Below, in pieces: positions 52,301 to 63,991 of a stretch of DNA of 64,000 bases. The stretch covers positions 69,626,001 to 69,690,000 of the forward strand of contig NC_043003.1 of the NCBI RefSeq assembly GCF_006345805.1, written 5' to 3'. The translations under genes and the position numbers were made by a program. Within the stretch, counting starts at the first letter, position 1. Each line of letters begins with the position of its first letter. The notes beneath the pieces are model-generated. The model worked only from the letters and a program-made list of their open reading frames with translations, was not told where the DNA came from and ran no database searches. This DNA is from Octopus sinensis. Its lineage: Eukaryota.

Positions 52301-52521
52301 TTATTTATATTTGACGGATATTTGTCCTCATCTTGTTTGTTGTTAACACAACATTTCGGCTGATATATCCTCCAGCCTTCATCAGTTGTGTTGGGGAAAT
52401 TTCAAACATGGGTTCTCATTCCTAAGGTATGCCCACGGGCATATGGCATAGTGGTTAAGAGCGCGAGCTACTAACCCCCAATATTCCGAGTTCGATTCCA
52501 AGCAGTGACCTGAATAATAAC

Positions 52522-52571
<50 letters not shown>

Positions 52572-52572
52572 C

Positions 52573-52625
<53 letters not shown>

Positions 52626-52808
52626 CATCGAAAAATACCTTAGGAATGAGAACCCATGTTCGAAATATCCCCAAGACACCTGATGAAGGCTGGAGGGTAT
52701 ATCAGCTGAAATGTTGTGTTAACAACAAACAAGATGAGGACAAATATCTGTCAAATGTAAATAATATAAATAATGTACATAATTCCTCATCTCTTCAATA
52801 TAGAACTG
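52301..52808 (+). mobile_element. tRNA-headed, hammerhead-bearing element with an inverted 5' partial copy
   Basis: Inverted arms 52301-52430 / 52635-52764. Between them lie a tRNA-like head (A-box TGGCATAGTGG, B-box GAGTTCGATTCC, ~52438-52512) and (AAT)n. A 3' extension runs 52765-52808. Confidence 0.75.
52675..52720 (+). ncRNA. Minimal type I hammerhead motif (Penelope-type), one C->T change in stem III
   Basis: GACAC-CTGATGA-AGGCTG-GAGGGTATAT-CAGCT-GAAA-TGTT|GTGTT; stem I GACAC/GUGUU. Confidence 0.7.
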
Positions 52809-53938
52809 AAATTCTCTTTATGCTGATGGAGTGAGTGTGTTATGAACACACACTTGTCTCCAAGAAGTTGTTCTCCTGTGACACAACTTCCTAGTGATTA
52901 GCACACTCATGTTCAAGTCTGCTAGCATATATTAAGAATAAATATACCAGTCTTCATTTTGATTCTCACTGATCACCAAGCATATGACGATTTACCATTC
53001 TAAAGACATTCAATAGGAAGAATTAACCCGATTCAACTGATAATCAGAACTTGTAAATCAATAGAGTTTAATTAAATCTACTTGATCAATAATGAAAAGA
53101 TACAGAATTCTATATGATTGATGAAGAAATTTACATGCATCACTAATTAATCATTGATGTAGCTGCAGAGAATTTGATTTTAGGATTAAATCTTATGTGT
53201 TCTGATGAGGAGAACATAGTACTGATCTTAGATAGGCCCAAGGTCACACATTCAGGTGCTTATGCATGTGGGAGCATTTGATTACATTGGTTCCAAATTT
53301 TGGCACAAGGCCAGCAATTTTGGAGTAGAAGGTAACCTCCAATGTTCAACTGGTACTTATTTCATATACCCCAAAAGGTGAAGTAGACCTTGTGATATGT
53401 CCCACATTATGATGACATATTTTGTCGTCTGCGTAACTGCTTGCTGTATTTGTCCACTATTTATCAGTAGTGGAACAGCCCACTTCTCACTTAGGGGTGT
53501 CCGTCACAACGTCTCCCTCCTTTGAGATTTCTTTTTCTTCTACACACACAATTATTTTTTTCAACTATGTATTATAACAAAATTATTTTTTCAATAAAAT
53601 TTTTTTTTTCTTAATATATATTATTTCTTCACACAGCAAGAACCACTGGTACTCTTGTGTGTGGCTCATACACTCCCTTCTTTACATTTTCTGAAACTTT
53701 GGGGCAGTCTCTGAGCAGGTATTGCCATGATAACTTTCTCTGTTACATTCAATACGATGACCACACACTACACATCTTCCTTCCAAGCACTGCTGTAAAC
53801 AGCAGAAGTAAGCTAGGACGTTAAAACTTAATGCGCATGTACAGCAGAGTTCAAGGTCAATCTTTGCCAAGCGGCTTCACTCAGCGTGCTTTAACTTTGT
53901 TACTATGGCAACAGTCCAGATACTTATTGATCAGATGT

Positions 53939-53985
<47 letters not shown>

Positions 53986-53987
<2 letters not shown>

Positions 53988-54336
53988 TGGCATGTAAAAG
54001 CACCCACTACACTTTCAGAGTGGTTGGCATTAGGAAGGGCATCCAGCTGTAGAAACTCTGCCACATCAGATTGGACCCTGGTGCAGCCATCTGGTTCGCC
54101 TGTCCTCAGTCAAATCGTCCAACCCATGCTAGCATGAAAGCGGACGTTAAATGATGATGATGATGATGATATATAATATATATAAGATGTTTGCTTCCCA
54201 ACCACATGGTTTCAGACTCTGTCCCAATGCATGGCACATTGAGTAAGTGTCTTCTACTATAGCTTTAGGCAAACCAAAACCTTGTGAGTAGATTTAGTAG
54301 ATGGAAAGTGAAAGAAGCCCATATTATATATATATA

Positions 54337-54369
<33 letters not shown>

Positions 54370-54705
54370 GGGTGGCATGTAAAAGCACCCACTACACTTT
54401 CAGAGTGGTTGGCATTAGGAAGGGCATCCAGCTGTAGAAACTCTGCCACATCAGATTGGACCCTGGTGCAGCCATCTGGTTCGCCTGTCCTCAGTCAAAT
54501 CGTCCAACCCATGCTAGCATGAAAGCGGACGTTAAATGATGATGATGATGATGATATATAATATATATAAGATGTTTGCTTCCCAACCACATGGTTTCAG
54601 ACTCTGTCCCAATGCATGGCACATTGAGTAAGTGTCTTCTACTATAGCTTTAGGCAAACCAAAACCTTGTGAGTAGATTTAGTAGATGGAAAGTGAAAGA
54701 AGCCC

Positions 54706-54712
<7 letters not shown>
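53986..54712 (+). repeat. Essentially identical 385-bp tandem duplication (RTE tail + SINE half)
   Basis: 53986-54325 equals 54371-54710; the breakpoints lie in (TA)n. Confidence 0.9.
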
Positions 54713-54749
<37 letters not shown>

Positions 54750-54751
54750 TA

Positions 54752-55140
54752 TTCATTTTAGGATTTGGTTTGCAAGATTCTTCATGTGAGTTCGTGTGTT
54801 GAAGCATATTCTGTTGTGTCTGGGGAGAGTCATTTTCTTTTTGTGCATTATAATTGAACACACTCACCGGTAAAATTTCCACTCATTTCTTATTTTTATT
54901 TTCCTAAAATTTTGTTGTGTCTTGCAACCTTTTCAATGGTTTTGACTCAAAACTATTGAAAAGGTTGCAAGACACAACAAAATTTTAGGAAAATAAAAAT
55001 AAGAAATGAGTGGAAATTTTACCGGTGAGTGTGTTCAATTATAATGCACAAAAAGAAAATGACTCTCCCCAGACACAACAGAATATGCTTCAACACACGA
55101 ACTCACATGAAGAATCTTGCAAACCAAATCCCAAAACGAA
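54752..55140. repeat. 389-bp near-perfect palindrome (194-bp arms, 1-nt centre at 54946) in a (TA)n tract
   Basis: ...CCTTTTCAATGGTTTTGA-C-TCAAAACTATTGAAAAGG...; about three mismatches by eye. Confidence 0.92.
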
Positions 55141-55781
55141 ATATATATATATATATATATAATATGGGCTTCTTTCAGTTTTCATCTACTAAATCCACTC
55201 ACAAGATTTTGGTTGGCCTACGGCTATAGTAGAAGACACTTACTCAATGTGCCATGCATTAGGACAGAGTCTGAAACCAAGTGGTTGGGAAGCAAACATC
55301 TTATCACATGGCTGCATAGGGTTTATTGTATAATTTAAATAGACCACCTCTATGCATATCTTAATAGTGAGAGAGGTATTAAAGCTTTGCTGTTCATTGT
55401 AAATGTCTCACATGAAGATTATTAAAGTCAACATACACACACACACACAGGTGCACAGACATGCATGCACACACATGCATAAACACACACACACATACCC
55501 ACACAAATGCATAAACACAAACACATACATATGCACATACCCACACAGATGTATAAAAGGACACACACACACACACACAAATGCATAAACACATACACAC
55601 AAACACACCTACTAGCTATGAGTAACCATGGAGATCCTTCTGCAAGAACCTGCTCCACCTCCACTCTCATAGAAATCTCCTCATCCCCTAGTAGGAAACT
55701 GAACCCTTCCCTGCTTCCCCCAAACGACCAAGGGTTTTGTGAATTGCTGCAAAAGGAAGACAGATTTAAATATCTTCTTAC

Positions 55782-55962
55782 TGTGTTTTGACATCAGTTT
55801 GGTCATATTCTTTATCAACTTCTCCAGACATTCCAGCATCATCCACAGTTTGGGACACTCGTAAGACATTTTCTTCTGAAATTTCACTGGAGAGAACGAC
55901 CAACGGAGCAACAATTATGGTGGAATTTGTTGCCAGACTTCCATTTACTGTTAACACATAAT
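55782..55962 (-). CDS. DCDC1: DCDC1-like gene, internal exon B
   Basis: Acceptor attttcAG, donor ca|GTAAGA. 181 nt, phase 1->2, in frame with exon A: (N)YVLTVNGSLATNSTIIVAPLVVLSSEISEENVLRVSQTVDDAGMSGEVDKEYDQTDVKT. Confidence 0.8.
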
Positions 55963-56675
55963 CTGAAAATATAGGATAATTGGTAAATAATAACTGTGGT
56001 AAGTAAATGGTAATTGTGAAAGAAATTTAGAGTAAAAGATATGCTTATTGTACCGAGCGCAGTCATTGCCAGTACCGCCTGACTGGCTCCCGTACCGGTG
56101 AAAAAGCACCATTCAAGTGTGGTCATTGCCAGTACCGCCTGACTGGTTCCCATACCGGTGGCATGTAAAAAGCACCATTCAAGCGTGGTCGATGCCAGTA
56201 CCGCCTGATTGTCCCTCGTGCTGGTGGCATGTAAAAAGCACCCACTGCACTCTTGGAGTGGTTGGCATTAGGAAGGGCATCCAACTGTAGAAACCTTGCC
56301 AGAACAGATTGGAACTTGGAGTGGCCTCCTGGCTTGCCAGCCCTCAGTCAAACCATCTAACCCATGCCAGCATGGACAACGGACGTTAAATGATGATGAT
56401 GATGATGCATGTAGGTTAATGAGGGCACATGGCTTAGTGCTTAGGATGTTGCACTCAGGATTGTAAGATTGTGGTTTCAATTCCTAGACTGGGCAGTGCA
56501 TTGTGTTCTTGAGCAAAACCCTTCACCTCACGTTGTTCTGCAATCACTTTGACACCTGACATATAGCACACAGTGCACCTTTTCAGACAACATTGATTTG
56601 ATGGAGAGAATGAGCTAATGTGTGTCACAAACATTTGATCACTATAACCAGATCATTCAGCAAAAAGCTGAATGT

Positions 56676-57077
56676 TCATACATCATCTTCAATGGGAGAG
56701 TCTGATTCATACGTCATCTTCGATTGGAGAGTCCCACTCATACGTCATCTTTGATGGGAGAGTCCCTCTCATGCTATCTTCGATGGGAGAATCCCACTCA
56801 TACGTTATCTTTAATGGAAAAGTCCCACTCATGCATCATCTTCAAAAGGAGAGTCCCACTCATGCGTCATCTCCAATGGGTGAGTCCTGCTCATACGTCA
56901 TCTTCAATGGGAGATTCCCACTCATACATCATCTTCGATGGGAGAGTCCAACTCATATGTCATGTTCAATGGGAGAGTCCCGTTTATATGTCATCGTTGA
57001 TGGGAGAGTCCCACTTATACGTCATTTTAGATAGGAGAGTCCCACTCATATGTCATCTCCGATGGGAGAGTCCATCA
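56676..57077. repeat. Minisatellite, 31-bp unit, ~13 diverged copies
   Basis: Consensus GGGAGAGTCCCACTCATACGTCATCTTCGAT. Confidence 0.9.
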
Positions 57078-57814
57078 TGAAGGTGAAGGTATGTGGGTCA
57101 GTGGTGCAAGTATTTGGTTCCCAATTGTAAGGTGAATGGTTTGATAACCAGAATCACATTGTGTCCTTCAGCAAGATGTTTCATTTCATGTTGCTTTAGT
57201 CCATTCAGCTGGCAAAACTGGGTTGTACCTGTAAATCAAAGGACCAATTTTGTCACATTTTGTCATATTGAATCTCCCTGAGAACTTCATTAAGGGTAAG
57301 CATGTCTGTGGATTGCTCAGCCACTTGCACATAATTTTAGGCGTAAACTATTCTGGTGATCGGATCAACTGGAACCACTACCATAGCTGGGGGGGGGGGG
57401 GGCAGTAGAGGTGGTCTGCCCCAGGCAGCAGGCAGCACTTTTCATCTTGTTGTAGGCTATTGCTGTAGGCAATGTGTTTTTTGTGGGGTCCAGGGGCAGC
57501 AAATGGAAGGGCCTCCCCAGGTGGCACACACTCTAGCTATTGACTGGAACCCTCTATCATCATAACTGATAGACTGCCAGTATGTGTGTGTCAGTGTGTG
57601 TTTGTCCTCCACCATCATTTAGCAACCAGTGTTGGTTTGTTTACATCCCATAACTTAGCAAATTTGGCAAAAAAGACTGATAGAATAAGTACCACACTTC
57701 AATAAATATAAGAACTGGGATTGATTTGTTCAAGTGAAATATTCCATGGTGGTACTCCAGCATGGCCACAAACAAAAAATAAAAGACAATAGTGTATCTG
57801 TTGTTGTTGTTTAG

Positions 57815-58226
57815 CCCTAAATCAAGCAAACCCCTAATCAGGTGTGCCCTAAATCAAGCAGACTCCCTAATCAGGTGTGCTCTAAATCAAGCAGACTCTT
57901 AATCAGGTGTGCCCTAAATCAAGCAGATTCCTAGTCAGGTGTGCCCTAAATCAAGCAGACGCCTAGTCAGGTGTACTCTAAACCAAGCAGATTCCTAGTC
58001 AGGTGTGCCCTAAATCAAGCAGACACCTAATCAGGTGTGCCCTAAATCAAGCAGACACCTAATCAGGTATGCCCTAAATCAAGCAGACCCCCTAATCAGG
58101 TGTGCCCTAAATCAAGCAGACCCTTAATCGGGTGTGCCCTAAATTAAGCAGACTCCTAGTCAGATGTGCCCTAAATGAAGCAGACTCCTAGTCAGGTGTG
58201 CCCTAAATCAAGCAGATTCCCAGTCA
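57815..58226. repeat. Minisatellite, 32-bp unit, ~13 copies
   Basis: Consensus CCCTAAATCAAGCAGACTCCTA(A/G)TCAGGTGTG. Confidence 0.92.
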
Positions 58227-58637
58227 AAGGTGTTCCGGCCCTGATTACTTTCTCTTCTTGTATTGCAAGAACCACATTGTCAAATGTGGCCTTCTTCTTT
58301 TAAGATATTAGTGTGTAATATGAAAAAATTTCACTGCTATTTTCAGCTGGACAATTGAACTCATAAAGACTCACTAATTAGTTGTTGTTGTTACTGTTGG
58401 TGGTGGTAGTGGTGGTGGCAAGATTCTAGCAATGCTAATGATGATGATGATAATGATAATAATGATGGTGATAATGATGATATACACATGATAATGAAGG
58501 TCATAATGATGTTGATGATGACAACAATGATGATGAGAAGGAGGAAGAGGATAGCGTATATAATAATGATGGTAATGCTAATAATGTCTATGATGATGAT
58601 GATGATGATGATGATGGTTACGATGTACTGATATTCA

Positions 58638-59012
58638 TGGCACTCCGCCAGTTACGAAGACGAGGGTTCCAGTTGATCCAATCAACGGAACAGCCTGCTC
58701 GTGAAATTAACGTGCAAGTGGCTGAGCACTCCACAAACAAGTGTACTCTTAACGTAGTCCTCGGGAGAGATTTAGCGTGGCACAGAGTGTGACAAGGCTG
58801 GCCCCTTTGAAATACAGGTACAACAGAAACAGGAGTGAGAGAAAGTTGTGGTAAAAGAGTACAGCAGGGTTCCCCACATCCCCTTGCCAGAGCTTTGTGG
58901 AGCTTTAGATGTTTTTGCTCAATAAACATTCACAATGCCTGGTCTGGGAATCGAAACTGTGATCCTATGACTGCAAATCCGCTGCCCTAACCACTGGGCC
59001 ATTGCGCCTCCA
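58638..59012 (-). mobile_element. tRNA-derived SINE, third family (copies 38518-38895 -, 20445-20742 -, 63089-63255 + partial, 51000-51270 + partial, 56420-57375 + interrupted)
   Basis: Head GGCGCAATGGCCCAGTGGTTAGGGCAGCGG...GTTTCGATTCCCAGACC (A/B boxes); body ends GGATCAACTGGAACCCTCGTC. Confidence 0.8.
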
Positions 59013-59081
59013 CTGATATTACAACAACTACTTCAACAATAACAAAACCAGACATTCTAAGAATAAAGAACCACAACTTAC

Positions 59082-59328
59082 TGATTGGATCCCTGAGGCT
59101 GCAATATTTGCGAATCTTTGTCAAGTCTGAAGATAAGTTGGTCAATAAAACTCGTCTCTTTTGCTCTGATTTGGTAACTTTGGGGTTCAACCACATTTCA
59201 TGACAGCTTATATATACAACTTGGTCCCTCTTGAGTTCTTGCAAACTAAAGAGTTCTTTACCGGTGACACTGAAGAGACGTCTGGCAGCTGAAGGTAGAC
59301 TCAATGAGGTCGTACAGGAATCGAGGAA
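59082..59328 (-). CDS. DCDC1: DCDC1-like gene, internal exon A (DCX-like segment)
   Basis: Acceptor ttatctctttAG, donor a|GTAAGT. 247 nt, phase 0->1. Encodes FLDSCTTSLSLPSAARRLFSVTGKELFSLQELKRDQVVYISCHEMW..., which fits the doublecortin-domain pattern (RRLF..G....L..L.....Y.S). Confidence 0.85.
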
Positions 59329-59460
59329 CTAAAGAGATAAGATAATATAAAAGAGAAATCTTGGCAAGAGCATCATTCAAAGGTCTCAATACACAGTGAA
59401 GGAACAAACAATGAGACATGTCATGCAGTGGTCAGACCACTTCTGCATGGTCAGTCATTT

Positions 59461-60115
59461 CCTACTCTCCCCACCTATCATCCAAACTCATATCTCTATC
59501 ACTGGTCCCTCCCACTTATCTGACATTCACTCCACCCATCCCTTAACTCCACTCAAATTCTACAGTTGTCACCTATTCTTCTCTACATATCATCATTCTT
59601 AGTAATATTCACTCCTCACCCGTTCTCCATCACTAACCATATTTCACTCTCCCATACACACAACCTCTTCACAACCACCCTTTCTGTATTGTTCTCTCAT
59701 CCTTCTCCTGTCTACTGGATCATTATTAACATTCTGCTGCTCACCGACCCTCATTTTTTTCTGCACTATCTGTCACCTCCTACTCTCCCCACCTATCATC
59801 CAATCTCATATCTATCACTGGTCCCTCCCACTTATCCATCATTCACTCCATCTACCCACCAACTCCACCCAATTTCTACAGCTGTAAAAATACTCTCACC
59901 TACACACCGTCTCTCTTTGTTATACTATATTCACACCTCACCCGTTCTCCATCTCTAACAATTTTTCACTCTCCCATACACACTTACAACCTCTTCATCT
60001 CTATCTCTGTATTGTTTTTTCATCCTTCTCCTGTCTACTGGAGATTCTATTAACATTCTGCTGCTCACCAACCCTCATATTTTCTGCACTATCAGTCACC
60101 TCCTACTCTCCCCTA
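59461..60115 (+). repeat. Diverged ~320-bp tandem duplication in a CT-rich tract
   Basis: CCTACTCTCCCC(A/T) recurs at 59461, 59779 and 60101, with colinear flanks. Confidence 0.75.
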
Positions 60116-61090
60116 CCTCTTCCTCAACTCACACAAACCAGTCATCATCCCCTAACCACCATTCACTACAACCACCCCTCAACCCTACCAAACTTCTACA
60201 GTTGCCACCTACTCTTATAACTCTTCCCTATTTATCATCCCCACCCTTGTTATATTCCCTGATCCACTCCCTCATCCATTCTCTGTCTCTACCCATCTCT
60301 CACTCTTACAACCTCTACCTCCACACGCTCCCTGTTCTCCTACTCCCCACTCACTTCTACTTACATCTTACCTTCAGGGTCCACCATGTCTCTTCATCAC
60401 CACTGTTTTATCTCTTTCCAGTTCTACTCCTGTCATGCCCATCCTCCTCTACTACAATGTAAGTAGCCTTGTAGCTCCCCTGCAGCAAGAAGCTTGCTCT
60501 GTTCCGGTCCCTCCTCTCATTATCTCATACATTAACTTCTCATCTCCTAGCATAAAGCTATCTGCCTCTCCACTCTGGTCCCACTCAACTGAAAGGAATC
60601 GTAGTTTTGCATGTTACATGAGACTCTCGTTAATGTTGATGCCATGCAAAGAGCAGCCAGTACAATCTGTAAAGTAGTTAGTGATAAGAGATGTATTCAG
60701 CCATAGAAACCATGCCAAAGTAGACATTTGACCTTGAAGCAGTTCTCTGGCTTATCAGTTCCTCTTGAACTGTTTTACTGATACCAGTGTTAAATATACG
60801 TGCATGTGCATATATATTTATTTAATCATGTATCAATGTTTAGGATTATGGCCATTTTACAATCTACATATAGACACACGGTTCTCTGAATCCATATCTT
60901 ATACTACAAATTTATATATATATGTATTTATACCTTGGGCAAATGTCTTTTTCTATATCCTCAAGCCAACTAAAACCTAGTCAGTAGATTTGGTAGATGA
61001 AAACTGAAGGAAGCCTGTCATATATATATGTACCATGTCCTCACGTTTTTTTCTTGTGTTGGTTCTTGTTTTTTTTGGATTTACTAAATA

Positions 61091-61122
<32 letters not shown>

Positions 61123-61130
61123 AATTTAAA

Positions 61131-61350
61131 TTTAAAATGAGGGTGAGAAATTAGATATATTAATTTAATTAACATCGATTTCACATCAGTGGTCTAGCAT
61201 ATAAAAAGAAGTGAAGGTTCAGTAAAATTGTATTATATACATATTAGAGGGAAACCACTATGTGTACTAATTTCTTAGTGGTAAGACCATAGTGGATCTA
61301 TTTCTAGCGTAAGGGTGTCCACATAGTGGCTTTCCTCTAATATGTATATA
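61131..61350 (-). mobile_element. Short fold-back element related to the tail of 10641-11363
   Basis: Arms 61234-61264 / 61320-61350. Its unpaired part (AGGGTGAGAAATTAGATA..TAATTTAAT...AGTGGTCTAGCATATAAAA) aligns with the reverse complement of 11248-11350. Flanked by (TA)n. Confidence 0.7.
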
Positions 61351-61693
61351 TATATATATATATATATGTTAATAAAATAGAACATATGCATATATATAAA
61401 CATATATGTACGTACCTACCTCTACATGTACATATACACGCATATATGTGTACAGGACACCAAAAAGACGTCGAACACATAGAGAGACGAAAAACATAGA
61501 CACAAACCAAGGAACAAGACAAGCAAAAAAAGAGATACAGGACAATAAGCACAACGAAAAATCCCCTTCTTCAGTCGCTAAGGTTTCATCTACTAAACGT
61601 TTCGAAGGATAAAAGCGAGACGTATACTTCGAAGAAAACTTCCTCCTTCTGCGAAAAGCAAATCAATTAAAATTCTGAGATCTTTTCGCAGAG

Positions 61694-61731
<38 letters not shown>

Positions 61732-63388
61732 ACGGTAACGACAGTACAAACATATAAACAGTAAAAAATATATATATAAACAGTGGAAAAATAAATATAT
61801 AACAGTGAGAGACAGGACAAGGAGAACAAGATAAGAAGGGCTGTTAACGCCAGACGAAAAAAGTATTGCAAACGCTGGATTATAGTGGACGACGAGAGAG
61901 AAAAAATGTCGACCATAGCCTTAGAAGGCGGGCGAGAAAAGACAGGATAGCAGTTACGACGGAAGTATCGTCGCAGATGGACGACGGGAATGGGGGAGGA
62001 GGAGCAGAGGAGAGAGAGAAGAAGGGGAATGGTGCGAGGAGACCATGAAGAATGGTGAAAGGAGAGAGAGAATGAAGAATGAGAGAGAGAGAAAGAACAG
62101 TTAAGTGAGGGAAAAAGACGAAAAAGGAATGGGAGAGAAAGAAGAAAATATTATATATATATATATATATATGCATGTGTGTGTATGTATGTATATATCT
62201 GTGTGTGTGTGTGTGTTTGTGTCTGTCGCACTACCACTTAACAACCGGTGCTGGTGTGTTTATGTCCCTTGTAACTTAGAGGTTCAGTAAAAGCAATCAA
62301 TAGAAAAAGTACCAAGCTTAAAACAAAAGTACTGGGGTTGATTCATTCGACCAAAAATCCTTCGAGACAATGCCCCAGCATGGCCACAGTCTAATGACTG
62401 AAACAAGTAAAAGATAAAAGATACACACACCACACAAACAGATATCTATATATGTGCATATAAGCATACCCACACACAGGTATATGTATTTGTGTTTGTG
62501 TATATATGTTAGTGTGCATACATACATACATGCACACGTATGCATTTACACACAGACACACACGTATGATGATGGCTGAAAAATCTCTGATCATAGGACA
62601 GCGCAGAGATGGCCAAGGATTAAACAAAGATAGTAAACACTTCAATTAACCCTTTGAAGAAAAACATATGGGAATTTAAAAAAAACCCACCGAAATCAGA
62701 TATATAAAGGAAATAAAAAAGACGTATTAATTTGAGAAATCGATCGAGAGATACGGCGTTATATTTAGTAACTGCATAATAATACTACTGATCAAAGGGT
62801 AACCATAGAACGGGGGAGAGGTATAGAAAAAAAAGAAAGAAGAAATATAACTCTTCTTTAGAATTTTAAATTATCTCCCTTGGTAGGCGTTACTTTAGGG
62901 ACAAAGCTATGCCTAGATGATATTTAAACTAGCAAATGATCAGATATATGCGATTTTGATTACATTAATCTCATCGATATATGTAATATATGTGTAAGTG
63001 TGTGTGTATGAGTGTGGGTATACACAAATACGCACACAAACATACATATACACACACATTTACATATGTGCATATATATGTGTGTGTAGAGGCGCAATGG
63101 CCTAGTGGTTGGGGCAGCGGATTCGCGGTCGTAGGATCATGGTTTCGATTCCCAGACCGGGCATTGTGAGTGTTTATTGAGTGGCAACACCTAAAGCTCC
63201 ACGGGGCTCCGGTAGGAGATGGTGGCGAGCCCTTCTGTTCTCTTTCACCACAACTATTCTTTGTAAGCCTAGTACTTATTCTATCAGTCTCTTTTGCTGA
63301 ACTGCTAAGTTACGGGTATGTAAACACACCAGCATTGTTGAGCGATGGTGGGGGACAAACACAGACACACACACATATATATATATAA

Positions 63389-63599
63389 TCGGTGGACGCA
63401 CGCAGTTGTCGAGTGTAACCCGCGTGAGTGGAAAAGACCACCTGGAAGACCTCCACGACGGTGGAGTTATGAGTTCAGGAGGACGATTGGGATCACGTGG
63501 ATGAGAAAGGCGCAATCCAGAGAGGAGTGGACAGCATACTGTGACCGCCGGTGTCAAATGGACGCCTGACAGACTGGTCGGTCAAGGTGATCAAGGTGA
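63389..63599 (+). mobile_element. RTE LINE 3' fragment inserted in a TA tract
   Basis: Encodes RWTHAVVECNPREWKRPPGRPPRRW...AQSREEW (RTE C-terminus); tail (CAAGGTGAT) repeated. Confidence 0.8.
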
Positions 63600-63924
63600 G
63601 ATATATATATATATATATGTATATGACAGGTTTCTTTCAGTTTCCATCTACCAAATCGACTCACAAAGCTTTGGTCAGCCTGAAGCTATATTAGAAGACA
63701 CTTGCTCAAGGTGCCATGCAGTGGGACTGAACCCGGAATCATGTGGTTGGTAAGCAAATAACTTACCACACAGCCACTCCTGTGCCTATATATATATATA
63801 TATATATATTATTATATAGAAGGAGCTTCTACAGGACTGTTTCATTCAAGAGAAATCTTCAGGAATATATGTATTGAGTACCTTATTTACTGTGGTTAAC
63901 CCCGAATCAACCCGGGACCTACAT

Positions 63925-63991
<67 letters not shown>

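Noticed and set aside
52438-52512. Functional tRNA gene
   Set aside because: It has A/B boxes but no proper acceptor or anticodon stems and runs into (AAT)n; treated as a SINE head.
53400-53870. piggyBac-like Cys-rich C-terminal remnant (GRCVVC...CSE; RRET...) or a host exon
   Set aside because: Too short and degenerate, with no TIR/TTAA or usable splice phase; cannot be supported without a search.
57815-58226. CRISPR-like appearance of regularly spaced ~32-bp repeats (also 56676-57077)
   Set aside because: Units are contiguous with no unique spacers, there are no cas genes, and the context is a eukaryotic intron. These are ordinary minisatellites.
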